A stretch of 45,075 nt of DNA, from contig QMVD01000001.1 in NCBI GenBank assembly GCA_003660925.1, forward strand, positions 1 through 45,075. The letters are read 5' to 3'. This document shows positions 18,026 to 26,655 of the stretch, in pieces. The stretch comes from Nanobdellota archaeon. GTDB taxonomy: Archaea; Nanobdellota; Nanobdellia; B33-G15. Below the pieces are notes generated by a model. It was not told the origin of the DNA. It did not search any database and saw nothing but the letters and a program-made list of their open reading frames with translations. The first letter of the stretch is position 1. Each line of letters opens with the position of its first letter. The translations under genes and the position numbers were made by a program.

Positions 18026-19231
18026 TTAAGAGGCCGCTGGCAAGCCGAACCCTGTAGCCATATCATCTCCTGGCTCCCAGATGTCCTTGGCTATCTCGTG
18101 CAAATGGTCCCTAGTAGCGCCCGCAGAACCCTGCCAGAGCTTCGCCGCTAGCCCAGAGACGTGGGGTGTTGCCATGGAAGTCCCCGAGAGGTATTTGTAA
18201 CAACCATCGTTCCACGTGGATTCTATCGAGACACCAGGTGTCCCGAACTCCACCTCCCTCTCCTCCACGACATAGTCCCCATCGTTCACTCCTCTGGAAG
18301 ACCAGTCGGGGACGTTCTCGCTCGCGTCTATCGCTCCCACAGCTATCACCTTGACGTAAGCCCCTGGATAGTCTATGCTCCCTTCTTCTGGGCCATCGTT
18401 TCCCGCTGCTGCTATCACTAGGACTCCGTTCTCCACAGCATAATCTATGGCTGCCAAGATCTGTGGATCAGGGGTGTCTCCTCCCAGGCTCATGGATATG
18501 ATGTTTGCCCCGTTGTCCGCGGCATACCTTATCCCCTCAGCAATGTCATCTGCCCAACAGAACCCTGAGTTCCCGCACACCTTTATCTCCATCAACTTGG
18601 CCTCTGGTGCCACCCCATAGATCCCTAAACCATCTGGCCCTCCGTTCGCCGCTATGATGCCAGAAACATGGGTCCCATGTCCATTCCCATCCGCGCATCC
18701 CCTCTTGATGCCCCTCTTGGTGGTGTCCTTACAGTCGATGATGTTCTCCTTCAAGTCCGGGTGATCCACATCAACACCCGTATCCAGAACCGCGACCTTA
18801 ATCCCAGTTCCTCCCGACCCCCCTCCCACCTTCCTGATGCCCCATGGAAATTGCTCATCCGGATAACACGTCCTCTCCTCCGGAGTCACGCACCTACAAT
18901 CCTCACACACCTGTCCCTCGGGACACTCTGGCAATCCTGGTTCTCCACACTGTTCGGAAGGATGAATCACCCCGTCCCCACATATGGGCCTCGCTGTGAT
19001 CTCGTACAATCCTACTGGCTCTACCTTTACCCCTAACAGCCTCAAGATGCCTACTTGTTCGTCCGTCAATTCCGTGGAGAAGACCCCTTTAAACTCGTGC
19101 CTAACTCCAAGAACGGATTTCAGCACGGGATTGTCAGAGATGTAATAGGGCCTCGCTACTCCCCTCGAAGAGTAGGCCACTGTGCCCAGCAACGCTGATA
19201 TCAGCAATAAAGACAAAAGCTTTTTGTTCAT
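18026..19231 (-). CDS. Secreted subtilisin-like S8 serine protease with Cys-rich insert
   Basis: Signal peptide, propeptide, triad VLDTG / HGTHVSG / GTSMATP, oxyanion AAAGN. Confidence 0.95.
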   Translation of the reverse strand: MNKKLLSLLLISALLGTVAYSSRGVARPYYISDNPVLKSVLGVRHEFKGVFSTELTDEQVGILRLLGVKVEPVGLYEITARPICGDGVIHPSEQCGEPGLPECPEGQVCEDCRCVTPEERTCYPDEQFPWGIRKVGGGSGGTGIKVAVLDTGVDVDHPDLKENIIDCKDTTKRGIKRGCADGNGHGTHVSGIIAANGGPDGLGIYGVAPEAKLMEIKVCGNSGFCWADDIAEGIRYAADNGANIISMSLGGDTPDPQILAAIDYAVENGVLVIAAAGNDGPEEGSIDYPGAYVKVIAVGAIDASENVPDWSSRGVNDGDYVVEEREVEFGTPGVSIESTWNDGCYKYLSGTSMATPHVSGLAAKLWQGSAGATRDHLHEIAKDIWEPGDDMATGFGLPAAS

Positions 19232-19266
19232 CGGTTGAAATTAACAATTCGAGAATATGAATGTTT

Positions 19267-21444
19267 CTATTCCATCCCCTTTCTCTTCCTTATGCTCTTT
19301 ACCACCTTCTCCTCTAATTCCTTTGGAAGCTTCTGGAACTTGGAGTCCACCAAAGACCAGAATCCCCTCCCCTCGGTGGCACTCCTCAATTCGCTAGTGA
19401 AGCCGAAGGATTCCGCCACCGGGAGCTTGGCCATCACCACCAAATGCTCTCCCTCCTGTTCCATGCTCAAGAGTTGGCCCCTCCTGGACTGGATTATCTT
19501 AGAGATGGCACCCATATATCTTATAGGGGCATCTATCCTGATGGTCTGAACTGGCTCTAATAATAATGGGTCAGCGTCCATGATCGCCTGCTTTATCGCA
19601 TCCCTGACAGCGGGTATCACTTGGGCGGGTCCCCTGTGTATGGAGTCTTCGTGGAGTTTGGCATCCATGAGCTTCACCTTGACCTTCGAGACGGGTTCCT
19701 TAGCTATGGGTCCCTCCTTCATGACATCCCTAAACGCGTTCACCACCATCTCTATGACCTCTCCTATGTGAACCACTCCAGAGGTCATGTCTAGGAGGAT
19801 GTTAGAACCGAAGATGTCGGCAACCCTCCTCGCCTCTTCTTTCGGGAGACCCAACTCCACGAGCTTGTTTATCAAGTCCAAGTCTTTCTTCTTCACTCTC
19901 CCCTCAGAAATATCCCCGGATACGATGGCTTGGTAGACCTTGTCCTCGAGGGGTTCCACCATGATGTAGAATTTGTTGTGCTTATTCGGGCTCTTCCCCT
20001 CCTTGACATCGCTGGGCTTCGAGACGCTCTCTCTATAAACCACTATGGGTGGAGAAGTGATTATGGGGATGCCCCTGTCCCTCTCGATCTTGTGCTCCAC
20101 GATCTCCAAGTGCAACTCTCCTAAGCCCGAGAGGAGGTGTTCTCCCGTCTCCTCATTTATCTTCGCCCTCAAGGTGGGGTCTTCTTTTGTGAGATCCCTT
20201 AGGACCTGAATGAGTTTTGGGAGGTCCCTCGGGTTCTTGGCCTCCACGGCCTTGGTGACCACGGGCTCAAATATGTGTTTGATTTCCTCGAAGGGTTCCA
20301 CCTCGTGGGTGCTTATGGTCTCCCCGGAGCTAGCTCCTTTTATCCCCCCAATACCCACTATGTTCCCGGCTGGAACTTCTTCTATTGGGTACTTGTGTGG
20401 GCCCTTATATATATAGATCTGTTGGATCCTCCCTTCCCTATTCGCGAGGACGAGCTTGACATCTTGTCCCCTCTTCAGAGTTCCAGAGAATATCCTCCCC
20501 ACAATTATCTCTCCTGCCTGGGGATCCACTACCACCTTGGTCACGCAGAAGACCATAGGCCCCCTTTCGTCGCAGTTCAAAAGGGCCTTTCCCACATCGG
20601 ACTCCAAGTCCCCTCTCCATATCTTCGGGATCCTGTACTTTTGGGCCTCTAGAGGATTTGGAAGGTGTCTCACCACCATGTCCAGTACGACCTCGTGAAG
20701 CGGGGCGAGTTCCCTCAAGCGCTTCAAAGCTTCTTCCCTCTCCTCCCCCTCCAACATGTAAGCGTTGTAAACATCCTTGAAGGTTATGCCCTTCTTTTGC
20801 ATGATAGGGAAGGAGAGAGCCCATTTGTCCACCGCTGAACCAAAAGCCACGGTCCCCTTATCAACCCTTATTTGCCAATCCGGGAGGAATTCTTTAGGAG
20901 CATAACTGGCGATGATCTTATTCACCTCTTCGATGATCTTGGTGAACCTCTCCTGGATCTTCTCAGGGGTGAGTTTCAACTCATTTATCAACCTGTCCAC
21001 CTTGTTTATGAAGAGAATGGGTTTCACCCTCTCCCTCAGGGCCTGTCTCAACACGGTCTCGGTCTGGGGCATCGCTCCTTCTACCGCACAGACCAGAACC
21101 AAGGCCCCATCCACAGCCCTCATAGCCCTGGTCACGTCCCCCCCGAAGTCCACGTGTCCCGGAGTGTCTATCAAGTTGATCAAATATTCCTCTCCTTCAT
21201 ACTCGTGGACCATGTTCACGTTGGCCGCCTGTATGGTTATTCCTCTTTTCTGCTCCTCCTCCAAGAAATCCAAATATCTCTGTTCCCCGGCCAGTTCCGC
21301 GGAGAGCATGCCCGCTCCAGCTAACAAGGAATCAGAGAGAGTAGTTTTTCCGTGATCTATGTGGGCCACTATGCCCATGTTCCTTATGTTCTTTTGCTTG
21401 TGGATGAGCCTCTTGACCTTATCCAGCATGGTCTCCTTTGCCAT
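19267..21444 (-). CDS. fusA: Translation elongation factor EF-2
   Basis: AHIDHGKTT, RGITI, DTPGHVDFGG, NKVD, diphthamide loop HEDSIHRG. Start moved to MAKETM. Confidence 0.99.
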   Translation of the reverse strand: MAKETMLDKVKRLIHKQKNIRNMGIVAHIDHGKTTLSDSLLAGAGMLSAELAGEQRYLDFLEEEQKRGITIQAANVNMVHEYEGEEYLINLIDTPGHVDFGGDVTRAMRAVDGALVLVCAVEGAMPQTETVLRQALRERVKPILFINKVDRLINELKLTPEKIQERFTKIIEEVNKIIASYAPKEFLPDWQIRVDKGTVAFGSAVDKWALSFPIMQKKGITFKDVYNAYMLEGEEREEALKRLRELAPLHEVVLDMVVRHLPNPLEAQKYRIPKIWRGDLESDVGKALLNCDERGPMVFCVTKVVVDPQAGEIIVGRIFSGTLKRGQDVKLVLANREGRIQQIYIYKGPHKYPIEEVPAGNIVGIGGIKGASSGETISTHEVEPFEEIKHIFEPVVTKAVEAKNPRDLPKLIQVLRDLTKEDPTLRAKINEETGEHLLSGLGELHLEIVEHKIERDRGIPIITSPPIVVYRESVSKPSDVKEGKSPNKHNKFYIMVEPLEDKVYQAIVSGDISEGRVKKKDLDLINKLVELGLPKEEARRVADIFGSNILLDMTSGVVHIGEVIEMVVNAFRDVMKEGPIAKEPVSKVKVKLMDAKLHEDSIHRGPAQVIPAVRDAIKQAIMDADPLLLEPVQTIRIDAPIRYMGAISKIIQSRRGQLLSMEQEGEHLVVMAKLPVAESFGFTSELRSATEGRGFWSLVDSKFQKLPKELEEKVVKSIRKRKGME

Positions 21445-21534
21445 GTTCCTTGAGAAAGAGAGAACGTTTTTTAAGTTTTTGCCCTCTGTTTTGCTAAATA
21501 TTGTCTGCAAGTCGTTTGTTGTTAAAGTGAATTT

Positions 21535-22335
21535 TTATTTTATCGCTACGATGAATCCCTCTCGGGCGTAATAAACTTTTTTGAATCCTGCTTCTTTCAG
21601 TACTTTGTAATAATCTCTATATGTCCACTTAATGCGTGGGTTCATTATGGGAGCGATTTCAACTCGAAACTTGCCTTTTTCTTCTATTAAAAAGATGTTG
21701 TTCTCAAGGATGCCTTCTGATGTTTTTTCGTTAACCTCAACACGTGTTACCCTTATACCACCTTTCTCGTAAGGAGGTTCTTCAATGCTAAAATGTTTTC
21801 GTTTCTTCCACACTTTTTCTATTTCTCTTTTCAAATCTTTTCTCGTTAATTTGGGCTGGATGCCAGAAAAAATCAATTTCCCGCCTTCATTGAGTACGGC
21901 ATGGACATTTTTAGCCGCTATTTTCATGCCTTCACGTGTAGAGATTTCATCGATGTTGTCAGAGAGGACGCAATCATATTTCCTTTTACACCTCTCACTC
22001 AACTCGTTATAAAGTGAAGTAAAAAACCTAATTTTGAGCCCATTCTCCTCAGCGAGCAAAGGTGCAAACCTAATCGCTACTGGGCTACCATCGGAGCCCT
22101 CGACTTCATAACCAGCTTTAGCTACCAGAACGGTCTTGTAGCCCAATCCGCATGAACAATCCAGTACTGATTTTACTTTTAATTTGCGAAGTAAAGAGAG
22201 AAGTGGTTTTACAGCGATTCGCTCCTCTTTCCAATACTTGGATTCCCAAGAGTCTCTTGTGAACCACATCCACCTCCAAAGAGTGTTCCAAGATTCTAAT
22301 TCGTTGGGGCACACATAGACCCTCACTTTGGCCAT
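21535..22335 (-). CDS. Class I SAM methyltransferase, glycine/sarcosine N-methyltransferase-like
   Basis: VLDCSCGLG, SDGSPVAI, YDCVLS, LNEGGKLIFSG. AT-rich codons. Confidence 0.85.
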   Translation of the reverse strand: MAKVRVYVCPNELESWNTLWRWMWFTRDSWESKYWKEERIAVKPLLSLLRKLKVKSVLDCSCGLGYKTVLVAKAGYEVEGSDGSPVAIRFAPLLAEENGLKIRFFTSLYNELSERCKRKYDCVLSDNIDEISTREGMKIAAKNVHAVLNEGGKLIFSGIQPKLTRKDLKREIEKVWKKRKHFSIEEPPYEKGGIRVTRVEVNEKTSEGILENNIFLIEEKGKFRVEIAPIMNPRIKWTYRDYYKVLKEAGFKKVYYAREGFIVAIK

Positions 22336-22374
22336 AATTTGAGGTTTAGCTCTTTCTTTATTTAATTTTTCTCG

Positions 22375-23313
22375 TTAAGCGCTGTTAAAAATGTTTGATA
22401 GCTTTTCAGGAATTTTGTCAAACATCTCAAGACGTTTCTGTATCCAAGAGTCAGGATGTTTGTTAACTAAGTCCGTTATCTTCCAAATATAGGTGAATTT
22501 TACAAAATCAACAAATGCTCTTTTTTCCTCAAGTGTTAGTGGCCTGTACTTTTGATATTCTCGCAAAAAGACGTTGAGCAATTCACGATTAAAGGCGGTA
22601 CCGGAGCTGAGGCAAAATTCATAAGCCCCCCGAGCAACATCGATCAGAAGAATACCATATAAGGAGTCTCCAAAATCGATCAAAGCCCGTAATTTGTCAT
22701 CTCGGAAAATAAAATTCTGGGGATCTATATCCATGTGAATTGCGCCTTGTGGCAAGTGAGAATATCTCATCCCGTACATGAACTTGGATTTTTTCACGAT
22801 TTCCTGTTTGAGCCTTTTGTTTTTATATCCCGGCAAAACTTCTTTAATGAGAATCCGGTACAGTATTCTTGGTGTAAATCTGCCCCTGGTCGTTCTATAC
22901 TTGCATTTATATCCTCTCACTACCCTGTGAAATTTGCCTAGAAAGGCTCCAACTTGGCCGACAGTAGCAGAATTTAAAGGGTATTTTATTGATCCGTCAA
23001 CGACTTCATAAATCGTGCAGAACCTGCCTTTATACTTAACATAAAGAGAACCGTCTTTGGTTTTGATGATGTTGGGAACTTTTATTCCTTTTTTGCTCAG
23101 ATAGTCTGTCAATATAAGTTCGTACAATAACCAATTTTTTCTCTCCGAATTTTCTTGGATAAAATATTTCACGTGATATTTTCCTTTAGTCGTTTGAATT
23201 TGTATGTTAATGTTTTCTCCTTTCGGCATTTTTGAGTAAGATTTCAAATTACCAAGATCGTAGTGAGAAAGAACTCTCTTCAAGTCTTCCTCACCAAATT
23301 CTTTTTTGATCAT
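22375..23313 (-). CDS. APH / type II homoserine kinase-like phosphotransferase
   Basis: GENIN, LGKFH, Brenner motif IHMDIDPQN, LIDFGD. AT-rich codons. Confidence 0.85.
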   Translation of the reverse strand: MIKKEFGEEDLKRVLSHYDLGNLKSYSKMPKGENINIQIQTTKGKYHVKYFIQENSERKNWLLYELILTDYLSKKGIKVPNIIKTKDGSLYVKYKGRFCTIYEVVDGSIKYPLNSATVGQVGAFLGKFHRVVRGYKCKYRTTRGRFTPRILYRILIKEVLPGYKNKRLKQEIVKKSKFMYGMRYSHLPQGAIHMDIDPQNFIFRDDKLRALIDFGDSLYGILLIDVARGAYEFCLSSGTAFNRELLNVFLREYQKYRPLTLEEKRAFVDFVKFTYIWKITDLVNKHPDSWIQKRLEMFDKIPEKLSNIFNSA

Positions 23314-23420
23314 GTTGAACTTTTGATGAAAAGATTCTTATAAAGTTAATGCGTGGATGGTAGGGGGTTGAGGAAGTCGACGAAGCCCATTTCTAAAAGC
23401 ACAGGATACGCGGATGAGCC

Positions 23421-24014
23421 TTATCTACTGGCCGCGGCCTGCCTTTCCATCTCTATCTTCTTGCTCACCGAGAAGCACTTCTCATTCCTCGATGCAGCGA
23501 TTATCTCCTCTGCCAGGGCTTCCTCTATCCTTTTCTTGTTCTTTATGGACCTCTGATTCGCCCCCTGGGTTATCCATCTCAAAGCAAGATCTACCCTTCT
23601 TTGAGGGGAGGTATCCACCGCCTTGGGGTGTCTTATCCCCCCGTGCTCTATCACGGTTATCTCCTCCCTTGGGGCGGAGTTCTCAATAGCCTCAACCAAG
23701 ACCTGGATGGGGTTTCGCTTCGTCCTCTCCTCTATGATCTCAAAGGCCCTCTTGACTATGTTCATGGCCTTCATGGACTTCCCCACGTTCCTCCCACTGG
23801 TGAACTTGTGCTCCTTCCCCCTATGACCCGAGACCCCTATCTTATTCACCAATCTCTCAACTATGTTCAGCTCGCTCTTCCCGAACCTCTTGTATTGCAC
23901 CCTCCCAAAACTTCTGGGGAGGAACACAGGCCTCAGGTTGATGTACCTCTTAAGGCCAGCATCCCTGATAACAACTTCCCTAGTGTCCCACTTCCCAAAT
24001 AGCTTGATATCCAA
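23421..24014 (-). CDS. rps7: 30S ribosomal protein S7 (uS7)
   Basis: KLFGKWD, IVERLVNK, NPIQVLVEAIENSAPREE, VDTSPQRRVDLAL. TTG start with GGTGA SD. Confidence 0.98.
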   Translation of the reverse strand: MDIKLFGKWDTREVVIRDAGLKRYINLRPVFLPRSFGRVQYKRFGKSELNIVERLVNKIGVSGHRGKEHKFTSGRNVGKSMKAMNIVKRAFEIIEERTKRNPIQVLVEAIENSAPREEITVIEHGGIRHPKAVDTSPQRRVDLALRWITQGANQRSIKNKKRIEEALAEEIIAASRNEKCFSVSKKIEMERQAAASR

Positions 24015-24015
24015 C

Positions 24016-24456
24016 TCACCTCACCGGCTTTTGTTTCTTTCCCCTCACCAATTCCTTGAGACTTATCCCTGCGACCTTTATCACCCTGAACTTGACCCCA
24101 GGCATGTCTCCTAGCGCTCCTCTTTGTGGGGCACCAGCCCTTTCTATGATGACCTCGTCGTGTTCGTTTATGAACTTAATCCCACCAGGGAACGGGACGT
24201 GGGCGGTCACTGCCCTCCCATTTTTTATCAACTGGACTCTGACGCACTTCCTCAACCCGGAGTGGGGCTGCTTCACTTCTATCTCCCTCTTCTCCAAAAC
24301 TATGCCCCTGGCCATGGGGGCTCCTTCCAAGGGATCATACTTTATGTATAACTTGAACCTCCTACTCCTCTCCCCCTTCTTCGCGAACCTGAACTTCTTC
24401 CTTCTTAGCAGTAGCTTCCTCCCAGCAAATAATCCCCTCGTCTTCTTGACCACCAT
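24016..24456 (-). CDS. rps12: 30S ribosomal protein S12 (uS12)
   Basis: [37 protein letters not shown]. Confidence 0.98.
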   Translation of the reverse strand: MVVKKTRGLFAGRKLLLRRKKFRFAKKGERSRRFKLYIKYDPLEGAPMARGIVLEKREIEVKQPHSGLRKCVRVQLIKNGRAVTAHVPFPGGIKFINEHDEVIIERAGAPQRGALGDMPGVKFRVIKVAGISLKELVRGKKQKPVR

Positions 24457-24481
24457 ATCCCATTCAACTTATCCTCCTTTT

Positions 24482-24709
24482 TTAAAGCTTTTCCGACACC
24501 TTGTTGTAGAAGTCAAACATCTCCTTTCGTCTCCTGTCATATTCCCTCAAAGTGATCTCCCCTTCCTTCCGCAGTTCCTCCAACCTCTCCGCATATTCCA
24601 CGTATCCTGGATTCAAGAGGAGTGGCATGCTGGGATTTGCCTCGATGCCTTTCTTCGCCTCTTCTCTCAACTTATCGAGCTCCTCTTTGATCTTCTCATC
24701 CACGCCCAT
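24482..24709 (-). CDS. Small hypothetical protein with SHOCT-like C-terminus
   Basis: LEELRKEGEITLREYDRRRKEM matches the SHOCT pattern. ATATAAAA box upstream. Confidence 0.55.
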   Translation of the reverse strand: MGVDEKIKEELDKLREEAKKGIEANPSMPLLLNPGYVEYAERLEELRKEGEITLREYDRRRKEMFDFYNKVSEKL

Positions 24710-24846
24710 GAGATTTAGAGTAAGTGAACATTTTTATATTTTCTCAGAGGCATCTGTACATGGAGTTGCCCTACCCCTTGGTGCTCACTGCTCCTTGGAT
24801 GACCCTGTTCGTCTAATCTTTCTCTCCTCTTCTTTGATAGTCTCAC

Positions 24847-25257
24847 TCAAACCAAACTGACACCATCTATGCCGAAATATTTGGAAAGGAGGAACTTCGC
24901 CTTCTTCAGTTTCGAGAGCAGAAGGGGGTTCCTCCTAGAAGAAGAGAAATATAATACCTTCTTTCCATCGCTCCTCTCGGAGATGTAGGCATTCTTGACG
25001 TCCAGAGGCCTCATTATGTTCTGGAGGAACTTCACGGGCTCCTTGGAGAACTCTATGATCTCTATTTTTTTCTTCAAGACCTTCTCTAAGTTCTTTATGT
25101 TGGCCCCGTTCCTCCCAATGGCAATGCCTGCCTGTCCCTCCCTCACGATAAACAACAACTTCCCATCCGAGACTATGCAGTCCTTTACTAATGCCCCTGT
25201 CATGCTCTCGAAGAGGGTGATGAACCTTATGCTCTCCGTGTTCAGCTTTATCTTCAT
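24847..25257 (-). CDS. nusA: Archaeal NusA (KH domains)
   Basis: FESMTGALVKDC, GIAIGRNGANIK, position after L30e. Confidence 0.93.
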   Translation of the reverse strand: MKIKLNTESIRFITLFESMTGALVKDCIVSDGKLLFIVREGQAGIAIGRNGANIKNLEKVLKKKIEIIEFSKEPVKFLQNIMRPLDVKNAYISERSDGKKVLYFSSSRRNPLLLSKLKKAKFLLSKYFGIDGVSLV

Positions 25258-25517
25258 TTCCTGATCCCCACTACTAGCACGTTGAAGCTCTTCTTGCAGA
25301 GGACTCCTAAGGAGGTGCTATCTCCCCTGAAAACCTCCACAGGGACCCCGCCGATTTCTCCGTAGTGAAGCATCCGCTCCCTTATCTCTAAGGGACAGTT
25401 CTTCGCTAGGATGACCTTCTTCACCTTTCCAGCCATCAGCCCCTTCCTCACGGAGTTAAATCCGATAAGGAGCTTCCCCTTCTCTAGGGCGGATTTCACT
25501 TCACTCCTTATCCCCAC
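25254..25517 (-). CDS. rpl30e: 50S ribosomal protein L30e
   Basis: [22 protein letters not shown], conserved synteny. Confidence 0.93.
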   Translation of the reverse strand: MGIRSEVKSALEKGKLLIGFNSVRKGLMAGKVKKVILAKNCPLEIRERMLHYGEIGGVPVEVFRGDSTSLGVLCKKSFNVLVVGIRK

Positions 25518-26655
25518 TGCGCTTCACCTTGTAGATTAGCTTAGGTATCCCAGTACCCACCGGAACCGGCTGGTTTATCATGACGTTCTCCACGACTCCT
25601 TGAAGGGGATCAACCTCATTCTTAACAGCAGCGGAGAAGATGTGTTTCAGGGGGATCTCAAAGGAAGCCCTCGCTAGGATGGAGGACTTCTGAGAGGTGA
25701 TTCCGTACCTAGTTATCCCCCTTATCTTACCATCAAAAGTCATGGTGTCCGCGATGAGCATGAGGTGGCGTATATCGACCTCTATCCCTTGGCGGTCGAG
25801 GACCTCCTTCACCTCATTTATTATAGCGTTCCTCGCTGCCTCTATTCCCAAGACTTTAGCGATCTCGAATATGTCGTTGGAGATTGTCCTCTCGGGGTCC
25901 ACGTAAGGGAGCTCCAAGACTTTCTTCAGGTTGGTCCCCGCGGTCTTTATGATCCACTCCTTCTTGTCCCTAATGGGTAAGACATGGGTTACCCCGGGCA
26001 CGCCTTTTATGTAGGTGTCCAAGACCTTGCTCTTAAGTTTGTACATCTCTCCTACATCCTCCGTCTTTAACTTCACCCTTATCCTTCCATCCTTCAGGAG
26101 CTTGACGTCCGCATTCTTATAAACTTTCTTCAACATTTCTTCCACTTGTTTGGGCTTCACGTTATAATTCCTCAAGGCCCCTTTATCTAAAGTAAACAAC
26201 AACCTAGTGTTCAAGAGGTCCATGACAGTATCACTTATGAGGTCGTTGAGCTTCACCTCTATGAGCTCAGCAGCTATCCTCCTCACTTCCTTCTCGTCCT
26301 TGGCGTACTCCTTTTTCAAGTAAATGGTCATGCTTGGGGTTGATGGAGTCCTCCTGGCATCCAGGACCTCTATCACCCTAGGAAGGCCTATGGTCACGTT
26401 CATCTCAGCCACCCCAGCGAAGTGGAAGACGTTCAGGGTCATTTGGGTCCCGGGCTCCCCTATGGATTGAGCGGTCACGACCCCAACAGCCTCTCCAGGG
26501 GTCTGTTGCACCCTCTCGTACTCCTTTATCACTTCCCTCGCCACTTTGTTCGCCAACTTCCCTTTAATGTTGTATCTTTTCAGCCTCTCTAGTAATTTCT
26601 CGTACAACTTCTTCGGAAGGACTTGTTCCGCTCTCTTCAGGTCATCCAACCCCAA
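25501..26655 (-). CDS. rpoA2: RNA polymerase subunit A'' (Rpo1C)
   Basis: [51 protein letters not shown]. Confidence 0.98.
   Translation of the reverse strand: MGLDDLKRAEQVLPKKLYEKLLERLKRYNIKGKLANKVAREVIKEYERVQQTPGEAVGVVTAQSIGEPGTQMTLNVFHFAGVAEMNVTIGLPRVIEVLDARRTPSTPSMTIYLKKEYAKDEKEVRRIAAELIEVKLNDLISDTVMDLLNTRLLFTLDKGALRNYNVKPKQVEEMLKKVYKNADVKLLKDGRIRVKLKTEDVGEMYKLKSKVLDTYIKGVPGVTHVLPIRDKKEWIIKTAGTNLKKVLELPYVDPERTISNDIFEIAKVLGIEAARNAIINEVKEVLDRQGIEVDIRHLMLIADTMTFDGKIRGITRYGITSQKSSILARASFEIPLKHIFSAAVKNEVDPLQGVVENVMINQPVPVGTGIPKLIYKVKRSGDKE

Larger units (their letters stand above)
21500..23350. other. AT-rich two-gene insertion between rps7 and fusA
   Basis: Abrupt visible shift to A/T-ending codons relative to flanking housekeeping genes. 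No flanking repeats recognised. Confidence 0.6.

Noticed and set aside
23351-23420. GC-normal 70-nt spacer after rps7, possible sRNA
   Set aside because: No C/D or H/ACA boxes and no convincing stems. It may only mark the island boundary.
24730-24850. Possible 21-codon TTG micro-ORF (LSETIKEEERKIRRTGSSKEQ) overlapping the nusA stop
   Set aside because: Too short and without a motif. It cannot be told apart from a decayed tail.
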